Assembly (NCBI GenBank): GCA_017457155.1
Contig: JAFTHZ010000004.1
Location: 7,798 to 71,797 of the forward strand
Reading direction: 5' to 3'
DNA from: Ruminococcus sp.
GTDB lineage: Bacteria > Bacillota > Clostridia > Oscillospirales > Acutalibacteraceae
Length of the DNA: 64,000 bases
Made by a program: the position numbers and the translations under genes. Shown in pieces: positions 31,442 to 38,972 of the stretch (position 1 is its first letter; each line of letters starts with the position of its first letter). The notes beneath the pieces are model-generated. The model searched no databases. It was not told the origin of the DNA and worked only from the letters and a program-made list of their open reading frames with translations.

Positions 31442-32506
31442 TTACTGTTTTGAGTTGTTCAGGATTTGGGTTATGTTTTCATATCCGAGAGTTGATACGG
31501 TTCTTCCGCTTTTTCTGAAATCTGTCTGCAGAGATGCGCAGGCAAGATTGATAAGTCCTGAGCATACCGGGACGTCTATATCCAGCACGGATGCAAGAGA
31601 TTCCAGCAGAACCAGTCCCTGAGGAACATCCTCGGTGATGTATCTTGAGTCGGGAGTGGTGGGACCGGAGGGGGAGTGGTTGTTGGCATAGTCAAAGAAT
31701 GCGTCCAGAGCATTCTCGTCCTTATCGGTGGAGTTTCTCAGTTTGCATGCTTCCACATAGGGGAGTCTTTCGCAGCCGAGCTTCTCCAGAACGTCCATCT
31801 TCTCTTTGTCCAAAGCCTTCACAATATTCCATACATGGGGAGTAAATACCTCCCTGTACATCCAGTAATCGCCCTTGGAGTATTCGATTCTGGGAATACT
31901 CATAATTGCGCCTACGGTGTGAACTATAAGGTTAGGATTGTGCAGGGCTGCCTCAATAACAGAGTTGGTTATGGTGAAGGGATACTCCAGCTCGGAGAGA
32001 ATCTTTTCTGCATGCTCTCTTTTCTCTACGGGATATACACCGAAGGGATTGAGGACGTTTTTGAACAGAACGGTTACCTCTCCCGGAGCAGTGATTCTGC
32101 AGTCGATGGAGGAACTCTCGGCTTCGATGACTGTTATATCCGCTTTGCATTCTGAGAGCAAAAAGCAAGTGGAAAGATATCCCGGCTCCAGAAGTACCGT
32201 CTGACCTGATCTGAGATAGGGGCTTATTCTGGAGATAATATCTTTGTGGTAGTTTGTCTGCACAAAAACAATTATCAGCTCGGCAGACTGTACTGCGGAT
32301 TTGATATCGTCTGTAAAGTTGATTTTTGCTTCATAGGTCTTGTCCAGATCAAACACCTTGACCGTGTTTGTCTGAGACAATCTGATATGATGCTCGTTAT
32401 GTAAGCTGTTGGAAGTTTTTACTAATGTGACACAGTGGCCTTTGTTGGATAAGTCAGCAGAAATGGTTGTTCCTGCGTTTCCGGCGCCGATAACTGTAAT
32501 TTTCAT
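31442..32506 (-). CDS. NAD/NADP opine (octopine/nopaline) dehydrogenase family protein
   Basis: Rossmann GAGNAG, LHNPNLIVH, SRYITEDVPQGL, DFRKSGRT. Confidence 0.87.
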   Translation of the reverse strand: MKITVIGAGNAGTTISADLSNKGHCVTLVKTSNSLHNEHHIRLSQTNTVKVFDLDKTYEAKINFTDDIKSAVQSAELIIVFVQTNYHKDIISRISPYLRSGQTVLLEPGYLSTCFLLSECKADITVIEAESSSIDCRITAPGEVTVLFKNVLNPFGVYPVEKREHAEKILSELEYPFTITNSVIEAALHNPNLIVHTVGAIMSIPRIEYSKGDYWMYREVFTPHVWNIVKALDKEKMDVLEKLGCERLPYVEACKLRNSTDKDENALDAFFDYANNHSPSGPTTPDSRYITEDVPQGLVLLESLASVLDIDVPVCSGLINLACASLQTDFRKSGRTVSTLGYENITQILNNSKQ

Positions 32507-32520
32507 AGCAAATTTCCCTC

Positions 32521-33498
32521 TCAAAGGTTATTTTTGTACCACTCAATTGCAAGTTCTATGCCACGCTCAAAGCTGTAGTCGGGGTCATAGCCCAGCAGCT
32601 CCTTTGCCTTGCTGATATCGGCATTGGAGTGCTTGATGTCACCTGCGCGGTCGGGGCCGAAGTTAGGCTCAACACCCTCTTTGCCCAGAGCCTTTGTCAG
32701 GCCGTAGTATATGTCGATAAGATATTCTCTGCCGCCGTAGGCAACGTTGAAAGCTTCTCCTGCAGCATCGCTCGATGCAAGGCAGGCCTTCAGGTTAGCC
32801 TCGATGACATTCTCTACATAGGTGAAGTCGCGGGACTGCTTTCCGTCGCCGTTGATGGTGGGGACCTCACCTCTGAGGAGCTGTTTGATGAATTTGGGAA
32901 TAACTGCAGCGTATGCTCCGTCGGGGTCCTGACGGCGACCGAAAACGTTGAAGTATCTCATGCCGTAGGTATCAAGGCCGTAGAGCTTTTTGTAGAGCTT
33001 GCCATACTCCTCGTCCACTCTCTTTGTGAGAGCATAGGGAGAGAGAAGGTTACCCTCTCTGCCTTCCTTTTTGGGGAGGTTGGGTTCGTCTCCGTATACG
33101 GAAGAAGAGGATGCATATACAAATTTCTTTACGCCGCATCTTCTGGCTGCTTCCATCATATTGAGGGTGCCTCCGATGTTGATGTCCTCATACAGCAAAG
33201 GCATCTCGATGGAGCGGGGAACAGAGCCCCATGCTGCCTGATTGAGCACATAGTCCACGCCCTCGCAGGCCTTCACACAGGTATCAAGGTCGCGGATATC
33301 TCCCTCGATAAAGGTGAAGTTAGGATCGTCAATGAACTCGTCCATGTTGGACTTTTTGCCTGTGGAAAGGTTGTCCAGACAGCGGACGGTATATCCCATC
33401 TCAAGGATGGTCTGGCACAGGTTTGAGCCGATGAAGCCTGCTCCGCCTGTGACCAGAAAAACGGAATTTTCGGGGAATTCAAGATGTCTGTAGCCCAT
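32521..33498 (-). CDS. UDP-GlcNAc(A) 4-epimerase (TviC/WbpP-like SDR)
   Basis: [54 protein letters not shown]. Confidence 0.9.
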   Translation of the reverse strand: MGYRHLEFPENSVFLVTGGAGFIGSNLCQTILEMGYTVRCLDNLSTGKKSNMDEFIDDPNFTFIEGDIRDLDTCVKACEGVDYVLNQAAWGSVPRSIEMPLLYEDINIGGTLNMMEAARRCGVKKFVYASSSSVYGDEPNLPKKEGREGNLLSPYALTKRVDEEYGKLYKKLYGLDTYGMRYFNVFGRRQDPDGAYAAVIPKFIKQLLRGEVPTINGDGKQSRDFTYVENVIEANLKACLASSDAAGEAFNVAYGGREYLIDIYYGLTKALGKEGVEPNFGPDRAGDIKHSNADISKAKELLGYDPDYSFERGIELAIEWYKNNL

Positions 33499-33500
33499 AA

Positions 33501-34814
33501 TCAAAGCCTCCAGTAAATATAGCCTGCGGTTTCAAATTCCTTACGGCTTAGCAGTCCCTTGATGTCAAGGAGGACAGGTGTGTGCTCTCCTGAGTAGAAC
33601 TTCTGCATATCCTCGATGGTGAGGGAGGAGAACTCCTTGTGAGAAACTGCAAGGATGACAGCATCCATGTTGTTGATGGTGCTGATATCAACGAACTCAA
33701 TTCCGTACTCGTGACGTGCCTCGTCTGCATCAGCAACAGGGTCTGCGATAACGGGAGTAATGCCGTATTCCTTCAGCTCGTTTACTATATCAATGATACG
33801 AGTGTTTCTTGTGTCGGGGCAATTCTCCTTGAAGGTAAAGCCCAAAATGGCAACCTTGGCGGACTTTACGGGGATATCTGCCTGGATCAGCTTCTTCACC
33901 ATAGACTCAACAACATATTTGCCCATGTCGTCGTTGATACGTCTGCCTGAGAGGATAATCTGTGAGTGATATCCCATCTGCTCTGCCTTGTAGGTCAGAT
34001 AGTAGGGATCAACACCGATGCAGTGACCGCCAACAAGTCCGGGGAAGAACTTCAGGAAGTTCCACTTGGTGCCTGCTGCCTCGAGGACAGCCTTTGTATC
34101 AATGTTCATCTTGTTGAAGATGATGGAAAGCTCGTTCATAAATGCGATGTTGATATCGCGCTGGGAGTTCTCGATAACCTTTGCGGCCTCGGCAACCTTG
34201 ATGCTCTCTGCTCTGTGAACACCTGCCTCAACAACCAGCTCGTATACCTTTGCAACCTCGTCCAGGGTCTCCTCGTCCATACCTGAGACGATCTTGACGA
34301 TAGTCTCTAGGCGGTGCACCTTGTCACCGGGGTTGATTCTCTCGGGAGAGTAGCCTATCTTGAAATCTGTGCCGCACTTAAGTCCTGACTCTTCCTCCAG
34401 AATGGGAATACACACATCCTCTGTAACGCCGGGATAAACGGTGGATTCGTATACAACGATGGAACCCTTTGTCAGGTACTTGCCCAGAATATGGGATGCA
34501 CCCTCTACGGGGGTCAGGTCAGGGGTGTGGTCGGCGTTTACGGGAGTGGGAACTGCAACAATGTGGAACTTGGCTTCTCTGAGTCTCTCAGGGTCGCTGG
34601 TAAAGTCAACTGCACAGTTTTTGATGGCCTCGTCACCAACCTCTTTTGTGGGGTCGATGCCTTTTTTGTACAGGTCGATTTTTGCTTTGTTAACATCAAA
34701 GCCGATAACATCCACCTTCTTTGAGAAGGAGACTGCAATAGGCATACCAACGTAGCCCAGACCGACCAGGGAGATTTTTTCTTCTTTGTTTACGATTTTC
34801 TGATAAAGTGACAT
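33501..34814 (-). CDS. UDP-HexNAc 6-dehydrogenase (TviB/WbpO/CapL-like)
   Basis: GLGYVG, VAVPTP, YESTVYPG, YSPERINPGD, KVIENSQRD, PGLVGGHCIGVDPYY, FKENCPD. Confidence 0.93.
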   Translation of the reverse strand: MSLYQKIVNKEEKISLVGLGYVGMPIAVSFSKKVDVIGFDVNKAKIDLYKKGIDPTKEVGDEAIKNCAVDFTSDPERLREAKFHIVAVPTPVNADHTPDLTPVEGASHILGKYLTKGSIVVYESTVYPGVTEDVCIPILEEESGLKCGTDFKIGYSPERINPGDKVHRLETIVKIVSGMDEETLDEVAKVYELVVEAGVHRAESIKVAEAAKVIENSQRDINIAFMNELSIIFNKMNIDTKAVLEAAGTKWNFLKFFPGLVGGHCIGVDPYYLTYKAEQMGYHSQIILSGRRINDDMGKYVVESMVKKLIQADIPVKSAKVAILGFTFKENCPDTRNTRIIDIVNELKEYGITPVIADPVADADEARHEYGIEFVDISTINNMDAVILAVSHKEFSSLTIEDMQKFYSGEHTPVLLDIKGLLSRKEFETAGYIYWRL

Positions 34815-34816
34815 TG

Positions 34817-35935
34817 TTATTCCTCCGTATTCTGTATATCCAGATGATTGAGCAAAGTTTCGTTTACTTTTCGGACGTCAAATCTTTCCTTGCAATACTC
34901 GTAGCTTGCATCTCCGAGCTTTTGGATGAGGGTTGGGTCCTCGATGAATCGACACATGGTATCAGCCAGCGCCTGAACATCCCCTACGGGAACCAGGAAA
35001 CCTGTCTGCCCATCGATGACCGTCTCGCGACATCCGGGGGCATCGGTGACAATTGCTGCGCGTCCCATGGACATTGCCTCTTGCACGGTTCTTGGGATTC
35101 CCTCCCGGTAGGAGGGCAGAACAAAGACTGAGCATTGTCGGTAATATATTCTTACATCAGGGTGCTCGGGGTAGTACTCGATGGCACCGCTGTCGATGTA
35201 CCTGCGAACTTCCTCTTTACTAAGAGAGTCCTGCATGGTTTCGTCTATTTCGCCCAGATACATTATCCTGACGTGGGGGTATCTGTCGTGGACTATCTGT
35301 GCCGCCTGCAGGTATTCGCCCACACCCTTGCAGCGCAGCGCTCTGGACAGCATAAAGAACACAGGTTCCTTGGGTAGTTCTGTCCGTTCGAATCGTTCCA
35401 TATTGACACCCGAACCGCTGACCATACAGCACTTGCTCTCTTTGAGGAGCTTCATACCGGTGAAGTCATTTCTGTCATCAGGATTCATAAAGACCACCTT
35501 ATGTGCACAGGCAAAGCCCATGCGGTACAGCATCTTCACGATTATTCTGATGATTTTGGCTTTTGTTGTAGCTGCGGCAAATACATATCCCGCTCCTGCT
35601 ATCATGGAGTAGCGATGGGGTACCCCCGCCAGCTTTGCGGCGATGGCTCCGTAGATGACGGGTTTGATGGTATAGCCAAAGGTCACGTCGGGTTTTTCTT
35701 TTCTGAAGAGTTTTCTCAGGGCGAGAATGTATTTCAGGTCAGAGACAGCGTTGACACCTGTTTTGTCCATGGGAATACGCACGAATCTTGCGCCCAGGGC
35801 CTCGATTTTGTCAACGTCAATTTCGTTGGGGCCTGTGACTATTACCTCATAGCCACGGCTGACAATGTCTTTGATAAGGTCTCCTCTGAAATTCCACGCC
35901 GTTCTGTTCTTCGGCGAAATCAGTACGAATTTCAA
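34817..35935 (-). CDS. GT4 glycosyltransferase (PglA-like)
   Basis: NFRG.LI, YTIKPVIYG, GSGVN, KGVGEY, PSYREGIP..EAM, TDAPGCRE. Confidence 0.9.
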   Translation of the reverse strand: MKFVLISPKNRTAWNFRGDLIKDIVSRGYEVIVTGPNEIDVDKIEALGARFVRIPMDKTGVNAVSDLKYILALRKLFRKEKPDVTFGYTIKPVIYGAIAAKLAGVPHRYSMIAGAGYVFAAATTKAKIIRIIVKMLYRMGFACAHKVVFMNPDDRNDFTGMKLLKESKCCMVSGSGVNMERFERTELPKEPVFFMLSRALRCKGVGEYLQAAQIVHDRYPHVRIMYLGEIDETMQDSLSKEEVRRYIDSGAIEYYPEHPDVRIYYRQCSVFVLPSYREGIPRTVQEAMSMGRAAIVTDAPGCRETVIDGQTGFLVPVGDVQALADTMCRFIEDPTLIQKLGDASYEYCKERFDVRKVNETLLNHLDIQNTEE

Positions 35936-35955
35936 TTTGAGTTCCTGCTTTCCTT

Positions 35956-37014
35956 TTATCTGTTACAGTCTGCAGAATCGATGAGACTGTCCATAAGCTT
36001 TTGGATGGGATAGCCTACCTCTGCCATCATCATGGGATACATACTGATCTCGGTGAAGCCGGGCAGGGTGTTTATCTCGTTGAAGATAACTTTGTTTGTG
36101 TCCTTCTCAAGGAAGAAGTCAACTCGTGAGAGTCCGTTGCAACCCAGAGCGGTGAAGATTCTGGCGGCATAATCCTGCACGGTGGCATCTGTGCCCTCGG
36201 GGAGGGAGGGGGAGGTGAATGTCTGGGAGGAGGAGTTGTTGTATTTTGCCTCGTAACTGTAGAAGGTGTCGCCTGCTACTGCCTCTCCTGCACCGGAGGT
36301 CCTGAGTCCCTCTTTGGTCTCAAGCACTGCGCACTCCAGTTCTCTGCCTGTGATTGCTTCTTCGATGAGTACCTTGGTGTCGTGTCTGAGTGCCAGCTCA
36401 ACTGCACTGATAAGCTGGTCTCTGTCTTCTGCTTTGGACACACCCTGTGAGGAGCCTGACTTGCAGGGTTTGACAAACATGGGGTATCCCAGCTTTTCTT
36501 CTGCCTTCTGTATGTAGCTCTGATCATCGCCCAGTCTTACCAGAACAAAGTCTGCCTGAGGAATATCTCCGATACTGTCAACGATAATCTTTGTGTATGC
36601 TTTGTCCATGGACATACCCGAGGAGACCACTCCGCATCCCACATAGGGGATACCGCAAAGCTCGAAGAGTCCCTGAATGGTTCCGTCCTCGCCGTTCTTT
36701 CCATGGAGAACAGGGATGATAACGTCGATATTGACGAGGGTGTTCTTTCCGTCCAGAAGGATCAGACCCTTGGCGGATGTGTTGGGAGAGAGAACGCAGG
36801 AGACATTGGAGCTTTCCTGTGTCCATCTGCCGTCGGGAATGAGAGATGTGTCGCCTGTGTAGTAGATCCAGTCTCCGTTTTTCTTGATTCCAACATAATG
36901 CTTTTGGTATTTATCTTCAGAGATGTTGTTTACAAAGCTCATTACAGATTTACATGAGACTTCGTGTTCTGTGGAGTTACCTCCAAATATGATGAGAATG
37001 CTTTTCTTTGACAC
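35956..37014 (-). CDS. ddl: D-alanine--D-alanine ligase family protein
   Basis: FGGNSTEHEVS, PVLHGKNGEDGTIQG, MDK, KP..SGSS.G, FYSYEAKY omega loop, RVDFF, NEINTLPGFT..SMYP. Confidence 0.9.
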   Translation of the reverse strand: MSKKSILIIFGGNSTEHEVSCKSVMSFVNNISEDKYQKHYVGIKKNGDWIYYTGDTSLIPDGRWTQESSNVSCVLSPNTSAKGLILLDGKNTLVNIDVIIPVLHGKNGEDGTIQGLFELCGIPYVGCGVVSSGMSMDKAYTKIIVDSIGDIPQADFVLVRLGDDQSYIQKAEEKLGYPMFVKPCKSGSSQGVSKAEDRDQLISAVELALRHDTKVLIEEAITGRELECAVLETKEGLRTSGAGEAVAGDTFYSYEAKYNNSSSQTFTSPSLPEGTDATVQDYAARIFTALGCNGLSRVDFFLEKDTNKVIFNEINTLPGFTEISMYPMMMAEVGYPIQKLMDSLIDSADCNR

Positions 37015-37070
37015 AAAAACAGACCTTTCTGTAGAAGATGTAATGATTGATGTGATTTGAATGTGTATAT

Positions 37071-37991
37071 TTACAGTTCGGATTTTCCGAAGTTGAATTC
37101 TGTGAGGTTTTTATAGATAAGGCGGAACATACGGGTTCCGGTTTCATCTGAGGCATAGCTGTTGTGAGGGGTGATGATGACCCTGGGGTTGGTCCACAGG
37201 GGGCTGTTCTCGCTGAGGGGTTCCTCCTCAAAAACATCCAGGGCAACTCCAAGGAATTTCCCTTCGGAGAGGAGATTATGCAGAGCCTCTTCGTCCAGAA
37301 CCTTGCCGCGGGCAACGTTGATGAGAATGCTGTCGTCCTTCATGGCACTCAGATATTTGTGAGAGAAGAGACCTTTTGTGGAGTCGTTGAGAGGTAGGGT
37401 CAGTACAACTGCATCCACGGTGGGCAACAGCTCCGGCAACCTTTCCATATAGTAAAAGTCATCGATGAATTCTGACTTACTGTCGTATATATCAGCTCCC
37501 AGAACCTGCGCTCCGAAAGCCTGCAGGCGTCTGGCACACTCAAGTCCTACGGAACCTGTGCCTACAATGAGGATCCTCTTGTCGGTTATCTCACGCAGGT
37601 TGCGGTGTTTTTGCCATGTTTTCTTTTTTTGTTGAGAGTAGAATCTGTGGGATTCTTTGTATATTTCCAGAAGCTTCAGCACTACCCACTCTGCCATAGG
37701 GATGCTGTAGACCCCTCTGGCATTGAACAAGGATACTCCGTTGGCAGCAAAATATCCCACGGGAGCCCTGTCAAATCCTGCGCTGGTGAGCTGTACGACC
37801 TTCAGGTTGCTGAATCTCTCGGGAGAGTTGTATCTGAAGAGGTCGTTGCAAACTACTGCGTCAAATACCGAGCAGTCCAGGGTGAGTTCTTCCAGCTCGT
37901 TTTGGACGAAGGTGATTTCAAAGCCGCTGTTTTTCAGTTTGGTTAGTTGTTCCTCGGTGTATGAGAACGCTCCTGTCAGAAGTAGTTTCAT
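37071..37991 (-). CDS. D-isomer-specific 2-hydroxyacid dehydrogenase
   Basis: SAGFD, NARGVYS.PMAE, GTGSVG, LPL, INVARG, LDVFEEEPL, ITPH; true start most likely ATG 37991. Confidence 0.88.
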   Translation of the reverse strand: MKLLLTGAFSYTEEQLTKLKNSGFEITFVQNELEELTLDCSVFDAVVCNDLFRYNSPERFSNLKVVQLTSAGFDRAPVGYFAANGVSLFNARGVYSIPMAEWVVLKLLEIYKESHRFYSQQKKKTWQKHRNLREITDKRILIVGTGSVGLECARRLQAFGAQVLGADIYDSKSEFIDDFYYMERLPELLPTVDAVVLTLPLNDSTKGLFSHKYLSAMKDDSILINVARGKVLDEEALHNLLSEGKFLGVALDVFEEEPLSENSPLWTNPRVIITPHNSYASDETGTRMFRLIYKNLTEFNFGKSEL

Positions 37992-38037
37992 AGCTTTCCC
38001 TTTCTTTTTCGGGAGACCTTGACCGAAGAAGGCATTT

Positions 38038-38676
38038 TTATCTGTCGGCCAACGCCTCTTGCTTCTGAGACTGTGCTTTGGCTGCTGTCTCGGTTGTGTT
38101 TTCGTTGTCTGCATTGGTGAAAACCTTGAACACAGTCATGAAGAGAATCTTGATGTCCAGCCATAGGGACATATTCCTTGTGTACCATACGTTGAGCTGG
38201 ATGCGCTTGTTCCATTCAACTTCTTTTCTACCGTTCACCTGAGCCCAGCCTGTGATTCCGGGACGAACGTCAAACATATGAAGCTGCTCCTCTGAGTAGT
38301 CGTCGATAGGCCAGGGGTGATATGTAAGGGGAGGTCTGGGGCCTATGAGACTCATATCTCCTTTTAGGATGTTAACAAGCTGAGGCAACTCATCAATGCT
38401 GGTGGCACGGATGATACGGCCTGTCTTTGTTACGCGGGTATCGTTCTTTCCGGAGTATACTCCGGAGCCTGTATGCTCAGCACCCACGCACATACTGCGA
38501 AACTTGTAGATGTGGAAAGGCTTTCCACCTTTTCCCAGTCGTTCCTGCTTGAATATAACAGGGCCCTTGGACTCAATCTTGATGGCAATTGCAGTCAGGA
38601 GCATTATGGGTGAGAGAATAATTATGCCAAGTAATGAAAGGACAAAATCCATTGTTCTTTTGAAGAATCGATACAT
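38038..38676 (-). CDS. Priming phosphoglycosyltransferase (sugar transferase) of cluster B
   Basis: KR..D, KFRSM, SIDELPQL.N..GDMSLIGPRP, PGITGWAQVNGR. Confidence 0.93.
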   Translation of the reverse strand: MYRFFKRTMDFVLSLLGIIILSPIMLLTAIAIKIESKGPVIFKQERLGKGGKPFHIYKFRSMCVGAEHTGSGVYSGKNDTRVTKTGRIIRATSIDELPQLVNILKGDMSLIGPRPPLTYHPWPIDDYSEEQLHMFDVRPGITGWAQVNGRKEVEWNKRIQLNVWYTRNMSLWLDIKILFMTVFKVFTNADNENTTETAAKAQSQKQEALADR

Positions 38677-38742
38677 GGCGACCTCCTAAAAAAAGATGTA
38701 TTAATAATCTTGTGAGCATACTAAACGCATTATAACAGATTA

Positions 38743-38770
38743 ATTATATCATATATTGATAAAAAATCAA
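38743..38770 (-). promoter_or_regulatory. Putative SigA promoter of cluster B
   Basis: Minus-strand TTGATT-16 nt-TATAAT with extended TG. Confidence 0.55.
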
Positions 38771-38882
38771 TTATAATGTAATAAAATTTCGAAAAAACAT
38801 GCATTTATCGCAATGTGTGAATAATGATTACTTTTTTTGAATTAAATGTATTATTATGCGTTCATTTTAAAGGGGATTATTG

Positions 38883-38911
38883 TTGACTTTGGGACAATTC
38901 TGTATTATAAT
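38883..38911 (+). promoter_or_regulatory. Putative SigA promoter of capD-glmS
   Basis: TTGACT-17 nt-TATAAT. Confidence 0.7.
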
Positions 38912-38972
38912 TTCAATGAGTTATTGCGTAAAATAGGCTTAATATATAAAATTTAGCGTATGGTGTAATCTT

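Noticed and set aside
35956-37991. vanHA-type vancomycin resistance cluster
   Set aside because: The ligase has the D-Ala-D-Ala-type FYSYEAKY loop, and no vanX, vanY or vanRS is present; kept only as an unusual arrangement.
37992-38114. 41-aa N-terminal extension of the 2-hydroxyacid dehydrogenase in the ORF track
   Set aside because: It overlaps the upstream gene; ATG 37991 has a plausible RBS and matches the family start.
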